Assembly: GCA_965203515.1 (NCBI GenBank)
Contig: OZ241907.1
Location: 2,592,001 to 2,656,000, forward strand
DNA length: 64,000 nt
Direction: 5' to 3'
Source: Spirochaetia bacterium
Lineage (GTDB): Bacteria > Spirochaetota > Spirochaetia > SZUA-6 > Bin103
The position numbers and the translations under genes were made by a program. Positions 41,788 to 51,976 of this stretch are shown here, in pieces. The notes beneath the pieces were generated by a model that saw nothing but the letters and a program-made list of their open reading frames with translations, was not told where the DNA came from and searched no databases. How positions within the stretch are numbered: position 1 is the stretch's first letter; the number at the start of each line of letters is the position of its first letter.

Positions 41788-42867
41788 ATGGCACACCTGT
41801 TTGGACGGACCTACGCGCGGGAAGAGCTCCTCGATCTGGTCGGCGACGTGAGCCAGGTCGCCGGCGTGCGGCGCGCGGAGCTGATCGAGGGCAACGAGCG
41901 CGGCGCCGGACTGATCGAGATCGCCAACGCCTCCGGCCTCGCCTGTTCGCTGCTGCCGGGCCGCGCCCTCGACATAGCCTCCGCCTCGTACCGGGGGATG
42001 TCGCTCTGCTTCCGCGGCAACACCGGCGACGTGGGGCCGGCTTTCTACGAGCCGCCGGGGTACGGGTGGATGCGCGGCTTCTTCGGCGGGCTGCTGACCA
42101 CCTGCGGCATGACCTTCGTGGGCCATCCGGAGGTCGATCCGGAGGAGGAGGACGAGGAGCTCGGCCTGCACGGGCGCCTCTCGTTCCTGCCGGCCAAGCA
42201 GGTGCGCGCCGGCGGCCGCTGGCAGGGCGACGACTACGTCATGGAGGCCGAGGGCCGGATCCGCGAGGCGGTGGTGTTCGGCACCTGTCTGGAGATGTCG
42301 CGCACCGTGTCGACGACGCTGGGGGAACGGAGCATCCGCATCCACGACCGGGTGGAGAACCTGGCCGCCGAGCGGTCGCCGCTGATGATCCTGTACCACA
42401 TGAACCCCGGATTCCCGCTCCTCGACGCCGGCGCCCGCCTGCTGGTCCGCAGCCGGCGCTCCACGCGGTGGCGGGACGATCGGGAGGTGGGGCCGGAGGT
42501 GTACGCGGCCGCCGCGCCGCCGCCCCGGCCGGGCGTCGACGACATGGTGTACGTGCACCGGCCGATCGCCGATGCCGACGGCATGGCGACCGCCGCGTTC
42601 GTCAACGAACGGCTGGGGCTGGGGCTCCGCTTTCGGTTCCCGCTGGCGGAGATTCCGCTGCTGACGCAGTGGCAGCGCTTTGCGACCCGCACCTACGTGA
42701 CCGGCATCGAACCGGGCAACTGCAGCCCGCTCGGCCGCGCCTGGAACCGCGCCAACGGCTCCCTCCAGTACATCGAGCCGGGAGAGGTCCGCGAGTTCCA
42801 CATGGAGATCGCGGTGCTGGACGGCGCCGATGAGCTGGCCGCCGCCGAGCGCGAGATCGGGGGCTGA
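41788..42867 (+). CDS. Aldose 1-epimerase-like protein (DUF4432)
   Basis: GRALDI, GGLLTTCG, LHGR, LYHMNPGFP, GIEPGN. Confidence 0.85.
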   Translation: MAHLFGRTYAREELLDLVGDVSQVAGVRRAELIEGNERGAGLIEIANASGLACSLLPGRALDIASASYRGMSLCFRGNTGDVGPAFYEPPGYGWMRGFFGGLLTTCGMTFVGHPEVDPEEEDEELGLHGRLSFLPAKQVRAGGRWQGDDYVMEAEGRIREAVVFGTCLEMSRTVSTTLGERSIRIHDRVENLAAERSPLMILYHMNPGFPLLDAGARLLVRSRRSTRWRDDREVGPEVYAAAAPPPRPGVDDMVYVHRPIADADGMATAAFVNERLGLGLRFRFPLAEIPLLTQWQRFATRTYVTGIEPGNCSPLGRAWNRANGSLQYIEPGEVREFHMEIAVLDGADELAAAEREIGG

Positions 42868-42924
42868 CGCCTCCGGGGCGAAAGCGCGCGCCGGCGGGCG
42901 GTTCCGCCGCGCCGGCGGATGATC

Positions 42925-42980
42925 CGCCGGCCGGGATCAGAGGCGCCGGCCGGGATCAGAGCGCCGGCCGGAATCAGAGG
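42925..42980. repeat. 18-19-bp tandem repeat CGCCGGCCGG(G/A)ATCAGAG(G) x3 at the murA stop
   Basis: Units at 42925, 42944 and 42962. Confidence 0.9.
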
Positions 42981-44359
42981 CGGGCGGCGTCGATCGGCAG
43001 GCCGGCCGCGCTGAGGGCGTGGCCGTTGCGGCCGTGGCCGTTGTGCGGGCGCACCCTTTCGATCTCCGCGCCCAACGACCGATAGACCGTGAGGACGTCC
43101 GGATAGCGGCGGCGCAGGATGTTGGTGCCGTGGATGACGGTCTCCGCCGGATCGGCCAGCGCGGCCAGGAACAGCGCCTTCACCGACTGGATCACCTCCG
43201 GCGGCGTGACCTCGCCGCCGGTGAAGCGCGCCGGCGCCTCCGGCACCACGACCCGCTGCGAGTCGAGCACTTCGATGTCCGCCCCGAGCTGATTGAGCTG
43301 GTGGACGAAGCTCAGCCCGTGCTCGTACATCCAGTTCTGGAACAGGATGCGGCCGTGCATCTTGCAGGCCAGCGAGACCATCACCGGCAGCACGTCGGTG
43401 GGGAATCCCGGCCACGGGCGCACGGCCAGCTTGGGCAGCCCGTCCGCGGCGGACGGCAGCAGTTCCGCGTTCAGGAACAGCTCGTCGGTGCCGTCGGCGA
43501 TCAGGTCGGCGCCGTCCGGCGTGATGTCGATGCCGAACCGCTCGAACCAGTCGATCAGCCCGGTCATGATGTCCGGCAGATTGGCGCCGCGGATGCGGAT
43601 GCGGCCGCCGGTCATGCCGGCCGCGACGATGAACCCGGAAATGTCGACGTGGTCCGGGGAGGGGCGGAAGTCGACGGTCGTCGAGCGGCCGTCCATGCCG
43701 CCGGTCACGGTCACCCGATTGGTGTTGACGCCGGCGATCCGCGCCCCCAGGTCGCACAGCAGATCGAGCAGGTCGCGCACGTGCGGCTCGCAGGCGGCGT
43801 CGATGATCTCAACGGTGGTGCCGGTGCCGGCGGCGTACATGGCGATGTTCTCGGTGGCGGTGACGCTGGCCTCCGGGAGCCAGACGGCGCGGCCGGGGCG
43901 TCCCCCGCGCGGCGCGGTGAAGCGCAGGTAGCCGCCGACCTCCTCGACCGAGGCGCCGAGCGTGCGGAACGCCGCGATGTGGGTCTCCAGCGCGCGCTGC
44001 CCGAGCCGACAGCCGCCCGGCATCGGCAGTTCGGCCACGCCGAAGCGGGCCAGCAGGGGGCCGGCAAACAGCACCGGCGCCCGGAACCGGGCGCCCAGAT
44101 CGGCGTCGACCCGATACGAGGTCACGGGCCGGCAGTCGATGGTCACGTCGCTGCCGTCCTCTTCGACGACGGCTCCCCAGTGGCGGTAGATCGACAGAAA
44201 GGTCTCGACGTCGCTGGTCGCCGGCAGATCGCGAAAGCGCACCGGGCCGTTGCACATCACCGCCGCCGGCAACGCCGCCATCAGAGAGTTCTTGTTCTGG
44301 ATCGGCAGCACGGTCCCGCTCAGCGGGTGACCGCCTGCGATCCGGTAGGTCCCGTTCAT
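42974..44359 (-). CDS. murA: UDP-N-acetylglucosamine 1-carboxyvinyltransferase
   Basis: KNS, PGGCRLGQR (catalytic Cys), SVTATEN, AACEPHV, WPGFPTD; GGAGG RBS. Confidence 0.93.
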   Translation of the reverse strand: MNGTYRIAGGHPLSGTVLPIQNKNSLMAALPAAVMCNGPVRFRDLPATSDVETFLSIYRHWGAVVEEDGSDVTIDCRPVTSYRVDADLGARFRAPVLFAGPLLARFGVAELPMPGGCRLGQRALETHIAAFRTLGASVEEVGGYLRFTAPRGGRPGRAVWLPEASVTATENIAMYAAGTGTTVEIIDAACEPHVRDLLDLLCDLGARIAGVNTNRVTVTGGMDGRSTTVDFRPSPDHVDISGFIVAAGMTGGRIRIRGANLPDIMTGLIDWFERFGIDITPDGADLIADGTDELFLNAELLPSAADGLPKLAVRPWPGFPTDVLPVMVSLACKMHGRILFQNWMYEHGLSFVHQLNQLGADIEVLDSQRVVVPEAPARFTGGEVTPPEVIQSVKALFLAALADPAETVIHGTNILRRRYPDVLTVYRSLGAEIERVRPHNGHGRNGHALSAAGLPIDAARL

Positions 44360-44630
44360 GGTGCTCCCCTCCGCAGGGTAAGCTGCCATCGTACCGTGAT
44401 TTGCGTAAACGGCGCAACGGGCGTGAGAAAGCCGGCCGGCAGCGGCGGCGGCGCCGTTGCCCTGCGCGGTCGGTCCTGAATGAAGTAGCATGTTCCCCCC
44501 TTGCGATTCATTATCGGCAGTAATCACTGCAAGCTGTTGCCCGGCATCGGCATCTCGTCGGTCGGCCGCCGGTCGATCGGCCGGCCGTCACGCGCGTAAG
44601 AACCGCCGGCGCCGGTCCATCAGCAACGCG

Positions 44631-45866
44631 ATGCCCACGCCTCCGTCATGCCGGCCTCGATCATGCCGGCTTCGGTCATGCCGGCCGAGCGCGCCGCTCG
44701 CCGTCGTCCTCGCCCTGATCCTGGCCGCCGCCGGGGTCGCGACCGCCGGCGCCGGCGGCGAGTCGGAAGCGGCCGTGCCGGCCCCGGCCGGCAGCGTCGA
44801 GCTGCTCCCGGAGGAGTCGCCGCCGCCTGGCGCAACGCGCCAGTTCAGCACCGACTTCAGCCGGCACACGGTGCCGTACGACCGGATCCTCTCCGGCGGG
44901 CCGCCCAAGGACGGCATCCCCGCGGTCGACGCGCCGCAGTACCTGTCGGTCGCCGAGGCGGACGCCTGGCTGGAGCCGCGCGAGCCGGTCGCGGTCATCG
45001 AGGCCGGCGGGCTGGTGCGCGCCTACCCGATCCAGGTGCTCACTTGGCACGAGATCGTCAACGACCGGCTCGGCGACCTGCCGGTGACCGTGACCTTCTG
45101 TCCGCTCTGCAATACCGCGATCGCCTTCGACCGGCGGTTCGACGACTTGGTGCTCGACTTCGGCACCACCGGGCTGCTGCACTACAGCAATCTCATCATG
45201 TACGACCGGCAGACCGAGACGTGGTGGCAGCAGGCGACCGGCGAGGCGATAGCCGGCGTCTACGCCGGCAGCCGGCTGCGCTACGTGCCGCTGGCGATGA
45301 TCGCCTGGGAAGACTTCAAGACCGCCTTTCCCGACGGCGACGTAGTCTCCAGCCAGACCGGCCACCGTCGCCGGTACGGCGAAAATCCGTATCAGGGCTA
45401 CGACCGGTCCGGGAACATTCCGTTCCTGTACATCGGGCCGCCCACCCCGACGGCGCTGCCGCAGATGGCGCGGGTGCTGGCCGTCGAGCTGGGCGATGAG
45501 GTGGTCGCCTATCCCTACGACCTGCTGCGCGAGCGGCGCGTCGTCAACGACCGGGTCGGCGGCGCGCCGGTGGCGGTGCTCTGGTCGGCCGGCACCGCGT
45601 CGGCGCTGGACCATCCCCTGATCGCCGCCGGCCGCGACGTGGGCGCCGCCGTCCCCTTCTCCCGTCGGGTCGATGACCGGGTGCTGGAGTTCGAGCTGCG
45701 CGACGGGCAGGTCGTCGACACCGCCACCGGCTCGACCTGGAACCATCTGGGCCGGGCGACCGCCGGCCGCCTTGCCGGCACTCAACTGACGCCGGTCGTG
45801 GGCGTGAACCACTTCTGGTTCTCCTGGGCCGCCTTCCGCCCCGACACCCGCGTCTTCGACGGCTGA
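44631..45866 (+). CDS. DUF3179-family exported protein
   Basis: SGGPPKDGIPA, WHEIVND, TFCPLCNT, NLIMYDRQTETWWQQ, FWFSWAAFRPDT; start uncertain. Confidence 0.88.
   Translation: MPTPPSCRPRSCRLRSCRPSAPLAVVLALILAAAGVATAGAGGESEAAVPAPAGSVELLPEESPPPGATRQFSTDFSRHTVPYDRILSGGPPKDGIPAVDAPQYLSVAEADAWLEPREPVAVIEAGGLVRAYPIQVLTWHEIVNDRLGDLPVTVTFCPLCNTAIAFDRRFDDLVLDFGTTGLLHYSNLIMYDRQTETWWQQATGEAIAGVYAGSRLRYVPLAMIAWEDFKTAFPDGDVVSSQTGHRRRYGENPYQGYDRSGNIPFLYIGPPTPTALPQMARVLAVELGDEVVAYPYDLLRERRVVNDRVGGAPVAVLWSAGTASALDHPLIAAGRDVGAAVPFSRRVDDRVLEFELRDGQVVDTATGSTWNHLGRATAGRLAGTQLTPVVGVNHFWFSWAAFRPDTRVFDG
44646..44686. repeat. 15-bp period repeat TCATGCCGGC x3 in the DUF3179 5' region
   Basis: Copies at 44646, 44661 and 44676. 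Confidence 0.85.
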
Positions 45867-45933
45867 CGGGAGCCGAGGCCAGCCGGCCATCATCCCCACA
45901 CCTGAAGCTTTAGCCTAGCCTGCGATAGCGCGC

Positions 45934-46529
45934 GTGCACGGGACCGGCGATGACTCGGTGCGCGCCGCCGAGGTCGACCGCCTGCCGGATGATCACGAGT
46001 CGAACGGCCGATACCGGCAGCGCGACGATCAGCCGACGGACTTGATACTGCTCAAGCCCACCGGCACCACTCCCGATCTGACGGCCGCGCACGAGATCGG
46101 CCATCTCATCCAACACCGAGCCGTGCCCGCGTCGCAGGCGAGCCCGGAGAGCGCAGAGCTGTCCGATGTGATCGAGCAGTCGGAACGGACTCGATCGCTG
46201 AAAGCGGCGATCGACCGCCTGCGCCGGGTGCTCGCCGATGCCGAGGCTGATGGGAAGGGGAGGATGAACTGGCGCCGATCCGCCGCAGAATGTGGATTCT
46301 CTCGTACGCAATCGAGGATCGGGAAGCGTTCGCGCGGGCGTATGCGCAGTGGATTGCGGTGCGCAGCGGGTCGGCGGCCATGCGCGGCGAGCTCGACCTG
46401 ATCCTCGGCGGCCGCGCCGGCAGCCCATTGCAGTACTGGGGGCACGACGACTTCTTGCCGGTGGCCGCCGCCTTCGATAGACTGTTCACGTCATGGGGAT
46501 GGACAGTGACTACTCCGGGCGCCCCATAA
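45934..46529 (+). pseudogene. Zincin-like metallopeptidase domain, frameshifted near 46260, possibly 5'-truncated
   Basis: AHEIGH in the first frame; EAFARAYAQWIAVRSG...YW...DF in the second. One extra G in the GGGG at 46257-60 joins them. Confidence 0.7.
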
Positions 46530-46708
46530 AGTGGCCGCCGCCCGATCCCAACGATCCGCCATTTGAACTCGACTCTCTGGCAGTGCGGATCGCCGCTGAC
46601 GGCACCGAGGTCGTGCAGATCAGTGAGGATGAATGGCATGAAGTGACGCCCAAGGGCGGAATCGGGGACCCTATCCCCGACATCGAGGCCCGCAAGCCCT
46701 TCAAGTAG
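46493..46708 (+). CDS. Small acidic, Pro-rich hypothetical protein
   Basis: About 70 aa ORF overlapping the peptidase 3' end. Confidence 0.45.
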   Translation: MGMDSDYSGRPIKWPPPDPNDPPFELDSLAVRIAADGTEVVQISEDEWHEVTPKGGIGDPIPDIEARKPFK

Positions 46709-46719
46709 CGTAACCTAAC

Positions 46720-48074
46720 CTAACGATCCTCGGGGCGGCCGAATCCGGCGCCTGCGTGGCGGTGGCGGTGATGTGCGGCGCACAGCAGTCGGAGATTGTT
46801 CGGCTCGGCGCTGCCGCCGCGGGCGTATGGCACGACGTGATCGATCTGCAGCAGGTGTTGGGAGCCGCAGCGGCGCCCGCTGGTGCGGTCCACATAGCTG
46901 CAGCGGCCCCGGTCGCGCCGCCAGACCGCGCGCTTGACCGCCGCCGGAATGGCGCGGCCGGTCCCGCCGCCCGCCTTCGCTGCCGTAGTTTGGGTCCGCG
47001 GCGGCGACGGCGCCGCCCGCTTCGCGCACGCCGCAGCCTGCCGGCCGAGGGGCCGCGTCTTCGCCGCCGAAGTGTCCGGGCGGTCCGGCTTCAGCGCCGA
47101 AGCGGCTTGGTCTCCTGGCTGCCCTGACGCCTGAGCCGATACCTTCTTCGCCGCCGAAGGAGCGGCGCTGTCCGAGCTGGCCTCCTTCGCTGCCGAAGCG
47201 GCGCCGCGCGCCGAGGCCGCCTGCGTCTTCGCCGCCGAAGTCCGCTCACCGCCTGCGGTCCGGCGCGCCTGCGGCGCGGCGCCGGTGCGCCGCCCGCGGG
47301 GCGGACGGGCCGGATCGTGGCGGTCGAGACCTTCCTGCACCAGCGCCCCATGATCTGACCTAACGTCATGTGCGGATCGACATGGGACAGGAGGCCCTTG
47401 AGCCGCTCCAAGCCGCGCCGACACTCATCGTCGATGACCGCCTTGAGCTCCCAGCGCTCGGCGCCCAGCGGGCGCACCCGATCCGCCGGCGCCGCCAGCT
47501 CCGGGTCGACCTCGGCCAGCAACCGCATCACCTGCCGGCTGCTCTTGCCGGCCGCCTGCTCCACCAGCGCCCGCCGCGCCGACCGGTCCAGCACCGGCGC
47601 CGGCTTCCGCTCCGCCGGCTGAGCCGGTCCCGGCGCCGGGCCGTCCTGCGACCGCGCGGCGTCCCCGGACCCGGCCCCGCCCGGTGCGCTGCGGGCCGCA
47701 CGCTCGCGCGTGCGCTCCTGCCGGTCGAAGGCGTTCTGCAACTGCGCGGCCGCGTTGAGCGTCATCGAGCCGTCCTGCAGGCGCTCGCGCACGCCGTCGA
47801 TGTCCGCGCAGAGCCGCATCGCCTTGAGGCGCCGCCAAGCGGCGGCGTCGCTGTAGCCGAGTTCGCGCACCGCGTAATCGAACAGGCTGGAGAATCCGCG
47901 GCGCAGATACAGCCGGCGTTTCTGTATCTCGCGCAAGTGGTCGATGACGACGACTTCGATCTGGTGTTCGATGCCGGACAGTTCCTTGGTCCGCGCCAGC
48001 AGGCGGTCGTCGGAGAGGGCGGATACGGTGGTCGTGATGGCTGCGTCGGCCGTGTCGGAACGAGTGCCGTTCAT
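46720..48074 (-). pseudogene. HNH endonuclease with helical N-domain and SAAK-repeat linker, frameshifted near 47345 (or sequencing error)
   Basis: GFSSLFDYAVRELGYS N-domain; IPAAVKRAVWRRDRGRC...QIDHVVPYARGG...NLRLLCAAHH. One added base gives MGRLVQEGLDRHDP. Confidence 0.85.
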
Positions 48075-48080
48075 GGTATA

Positions 48081-48109
48081 AGTATAATCATGAAAAGTAA
48101 TTGAATCAA
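48081..48109 (-). promoter_or_regulatory. Sigma70-type promoter of the HNH gene (leaderless)
   Basis: TTGATT-17 bp-TATACT, then 6 nt to the ATG at 48074. Confidence 0.75.
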
Positions 48110-48166
48110 GTTATCCGTAACGGTTTCCCGGCGAATAGTCTCGGCAGTAGCTGGTCGGATACGCAC

Positions 48167-49369
48167 TCAGACGCACGCGTACCACGGCCGCGTGGTGTGG
48201 CCGCGGCGGCGGTGCCACCGGTCGCCGCCGTACACCAGTACGCCATACTTGGCGGCCGGGCTGCCGCGGGCGCAGAACCAGTCCAGCCCATCGTAGAGCG
48301 CACCGCTGAGCGTGAGTCCCGCCTTCATCTCCACCGGCAGCAGGCGCGCGCCGTCGTCGATCACCAGATCGACTTCGTGACCGCTGCGGTCGCGCCAGAA
48401 ATAGAGCGGCGAGCGGACGCCCCGATGGGTGAACGCCTTGAGGTATTCGCCCACCACGAAGGTCTCGAATATCGCTCCGCGATTGGCGTGCAGCGCGAGC
48501 TGCGCGGGTTCCCGTATGCGCAGCAGGTTGCACAACAGGCCGGTGTCCAGAAAGTAGAGCTTGGGACTCTTGATCACGCGCTTGGCGAAGTTGCGGTGAT
48601 GCGGCGGCAGCAGGTGCACCACGAACAGCGCCTGCAGCACGGAAAGCCAGGCGCCGGCCGTGGTGTGCGAGACGCCGCAGTCGGAGCCGAGCGAGGACAG
48701 ATTCAGAAGCTGTCCGCTGCGGCCCGCGCAGAGCAGCACGAAGCGGCGGAAGGTGTCCAGGTCGCCGACGCCGCCGAGCTCGCGCACGTCGCGTTCCACG
48801 TAGGCGGTGTAGTAGGAACCGAGCCAGTCCGCGGCGTCGAGCCGGCGGTCGTGGATGCGCGGGAACAGCCCCTGGTAGAGGACGCCATGCAGATCGAGTC
48901 CTGCCGGCGCCGGCGGGTCGCCGGCAACCGGTTCATGCGGCCGCCACGGGTCGCCGCCCGGCGCCCCGGTCAGCTCGGACAAGCCGAGCGGCAGCAGCAC
49001 GCACACCGCCGCCCGCCCGGCCAGCGTCTGGCTCACCGAGCGGGTAAGGGGGAGCTGCTGCGAGCCGGTAAGGATGTAGCGGCCGGGCGCCGGGTCCTCG
49101 TCAACCAGCGCCTGGATGTAGGACAGGAGCTCCGGCGCCCGCTGCACCTCGTCCAGAATCACCCCCGAACGGTGCGCCGCCAGCAATCCGCGCGGATCGT
49201 CCAGCGCATGATCCCTCGTGTCCGGCTCCTCCAGGTTCAGATAGGCATGGGCGGCGAACACCGACTTGGCGAGCGTCGTCTTGCCCGATTGACGCGGCCC
49301 GGTCAGAAACAGCGCCGGGAACTGGCCGGCCAACCGCCGCAGCCGGGCCTCGAGGGTGCGCCGAAACAT
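48167..49369 (-). CDS. AAA_14 ATPase with DUF4143 domain
   Basis: GPRQSGKTT, LDEVQ, TGS, LAGR, PKLYFLDTG, FETFV, EVDLV. Confidence 0.93.
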   Translation of the reverse strand: MFRRTLEARLRRLAGQFPALFLTGPRQSGKTTLAKSVFAAHAYLNLEEPDTRDHALDDPRGLLAAHRSGVILDEVQRAPELLSYIQALVDEDPAPGRYILTGSQQLPLTRSVSQTLAGRAAVCVLLPLGLSELTGAPGGDPWRPHEPVAGDPPAPAGLDLHGVLYQGLFPRIHDRRLDAADWLGSYYTAYVERDVRELGGVGDLDTFRRFVLLCAGRSGQLLNLSSLGSDCGVSHTTAGAWLSVLQALFVVHLLPPHHRNFAKRVIKSPKLYFLDTGLLCNLLRIREPAQLALHANRGAIFETFVVGEYLKAFTHRGVRSPLYFWRDRSGHEVDLVIDDGARLLPVEMKAGLTLSGALYDGLDWFCARGSPAAKYGVLVYGGDRWHRRRGHTTRPWYACV

Positions 49370-49375
49370 GCGCTC

Positions 49376-49425
49376 AAGGTACCGCAGCGCAACCCGAACG
49401 GCAAATTGAAAGCACGCCTTTCAAT
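49376..49425 (-). promoter_or_regulatory. Promoter with adjacent palindrome for the DUF4143 ATPase
   Basis: TTGCCG-17-TACCTT-6 nt-ATG; ATTGAAAG-N5-CTTTCAAT at 49405-49425. Confidence 0.6.
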
Positions 49426-49702
49426 CAGCCAACCCGGCGGTCGGCCATCTCCGAAGACTCGCAGCCGTCACGCTGCGTGTCGACACCGCCACCGGCTCGG
49501 TCCGGAACCCACTGGCGGTGCGACGGCCGGACGGCTTTCCGGCACGCCACCGGCGCCGTCGTGGGCGTGAGCCACTTCCGGTTCTCCTGGGACGCCTTCC
49601 GGCCGACATCCGGGGCTTCGACGGCTGACGGAGACGCGGAGTGGCGGGAGGGGTTGCTGAGCCGGCGGCGATCAGATATGGTCGACCGAGAGGACGGCGA
49701 GG

Positions 49703-49918
49703 ATGTTTGACGAGATCGATCGCGTATCGAAGCTGCTGTCCATCATCGAAGAGATTGAAGAGATCGAGAAACGGAAGGCCGAAAAGCCGCTACGGCACTA
49801 TCGCCCGTTGCGATACTATCGCGGCCAGAGCGACGCCAACTATAAGCTCAACCCGTCCGTCATGCGGAACAAGAATCGCCGCAGGCACGAAGGCGAGAGA
49901 CTGGATACTCTGCCTTGA
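49703..49918 (+). pseudogene. Truncated FRG-domain protein
   Basis: YYRGQSDANYKLNPSVMR; stops before the expected QHYG.PTRLLD motif. Confidence 0.7.
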
Positions 49919-49970
49919 TGCGATGGCAGGAACGACGTTACACCCAGCCTGCGCTGTAATGGGATGAAGT

Positions 49971-50765
49971 ATGAAGATCGAAGAGGCCGAACTTCAAAGG
50001 AGACTCTCTGAACTTAAAGGAAGAGAATTTCACGTGAGTGGCGACATTAACGGTGAACCCGATGCACTAGCCGCTACATCGACGATTTCGGCTATAGTAG
50101 CAGCACTATCCATGCCCGGTTTCCAGGCCGCTGTGGGGGGATATCAGAGCGACGAGTTTATTCTGAACAGGGGAGTCGTCTTGGCGCATGTGAAACATAA
50201 GCAGACGTCGCAGGAAAAATTCTCCAGAATAATATCAGACTGTTTTGTTCTGACAATAGCTCCGAATGTGTGGTGGAACAGTAAACCACGCTTCTCCTGT
50301 CCCTGTCGATTGATCGATGGTGAGATTGACGATTACATCGTCATCAGAGTTTGCGATCGAGACAAGACATCTGACCTGTGGCCCGGAGAGCACACGTTAG
50401 GGGTGAAAGCCGTCGGTCGATGGTCGGTACATTTGATACAGCCGGATCTCGGACAGGTATCGGAATCAATCGTCTCAGATGAAATCGAGAAACCATTCGA
50501 CGAATTTATCGGAGAAGGTCATTACGTCCTACCACCTATGATCACGGGCAACAAGCCTGTAATCGCCAAGGCACAGCACAAAGGGCGTGCCGGGTTCTTA
50601 GTCCGTGCGACGTCGGTAGATGGCACCCATGAGGTCACCATATTTGACAGAAAAGGGCAGTTCTTTGAGGAAGGATCGAGAGCTGAACTTATTCCGGGGA
50701 AAGAGTATATCCTGGAGATATTCGCAGACGGCGAATGGAACGTAAGCTTCTCTGAAGGGTATTGA
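49971..50765 (+). CDS. Hypothetical protein, lower GC, with two similar beta-rich modules
   Basis: 264 aa open frame; GEHTLGVKAVGRWSV resembles GKEYILEIFADGEWNV. Confidence 0.7.
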   Translation: MKIEEAELQRRLSELKGREFHVSGDINGEPDALAATSTISAIVAALSMPGFQAAVGGYQSDEFILNRGVVLAHVKHKQTSQEKFSRIISDCFVLTIAPNVWWNSKPRFSCPCRLIDGEIDDYIVIRVCDRDKTSDLWPGEHTLGVKAVGRWSVHLIQPDLGQVSESIVSDEIEKPFDEFIGEGHYVLPPMITGNKPVIAKAQHKGRAGFLVRATSVDGTHEVTIFDRKGQFFEEGSRAELIPGKEYILEIFADGEWNVSFSEGY

Positions 50766-51129
50766 ACCTGCTCCGGGACATCGGGCGGCGCTGGCCCGCG
50801 GCTTCGTCAGCGCTTCCGCCCCGGCAGCGCCGTTGATCGCCGAGACAGCGGAGCATCGCGGCGCTCCTCCATGCCCGACGTCCGTCGCGTCGACCGCCGG
50901 CACACGCTCGGCGCCGGTTATGGGATCGTGTCCAAGCGATAGAGCAGCCTGCGTTCTTCGCCACGAACCTGCTCCGGCTGGTCGTAGAGAGTCGCCTCGT
51001 CCGCATCCTTGGGCGGCTTGGGGTGGTCCGTGAGCTCGTATGCCGCTCGTCGTCTGCCACCGATGATATGATCGGGGACATCATGCGATCCATCAACCTG
51101 TGCCGCGTTGCGGGCGAGCGCGCGAGCCG

Positions 51130-51819
51130 GCAGGATGCTCCGCCCTGGAAGCGGCCCGTACCGCGTGGGAGGAATCGGGCAGACAGGCCGCGGGCAACGG
51201 CGCGGTGATGCGCTGCGCGCCGCTTGCCATCCGCTGGATGGACGACGATACGGCGTTGGTGCGCAACACCGTGGTGAGCGCCGCGGCGACGCACTACGAC
51301 CCGCGCTGCATCTGGTCCGCGGTGCTGGTGAACTTGGCCGTCGCTTCCCTGGTGAGCGGCGCGGCGGTCGATCCCGACGAGCTGGCGGCGCGCGCCGCCG
51401 GCGCGGCGCGGGAGCTCGGCGCGGCGCTCGCTCCGTTTGGGATTGCAGGAGACCGGCTGCAGCTCCCGGCCGAGGTCGCCGGCGCGCTTTCCGGCCTCCC
51501 GCCGGCGGCCCCGGAGGAGATCGGCCTCGACGGCGACGCCATGGGCTATACCCTGAAGGCGATGCAGGTTGCCCTGTGGTGCGCGCTCCGGGCGCCGGAC
51601 TTCGAGGAGGCAATGGTGGCGGTGGTGAGCGCCGGCGGCGATACGGACACCAACGGCGCGGTGGCGGGCGCGGTGCTCGGCGCCCGCTTCGGCTGCCGGG
51701 CAATCCCGCCCCGTTGGCGCGGCGCCGTCGCGCGCCTCCGGCCCGGCAGGCAACCGATGGAGGCGTGGGCCGATCGCCTGCTGCGGCTGTCCTGTCGCGC
51801 GCCCGGCGAGCGGCACTAA
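51130..51819 (+). pseudogene. 5'-truncated ADP-ribosylglycohydrolase (DraG/ARH family)
   Basis: AGNGAVMRCAP, TH, GGDTDTNGAVAGAVLGA present; N-terminal GDALG/TDD region absent. 5' boundary approximate. Confidence 0.75.
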
Positions 51820-51976
51820 GTCGAACGCCCTGCGGGCGAGCGGCTTGGCGACGCGCGCGGGTCCAGAGTAGGCACCGAGCGCATTTCCAAAATGTAGGTA
51901 AGCGCCGGTGACGTCAATCCCGGTCACCGAGCGCGCGGTTGCGCGACCGGCGCGGCCCGCGTACCGTGGGCGGGCC

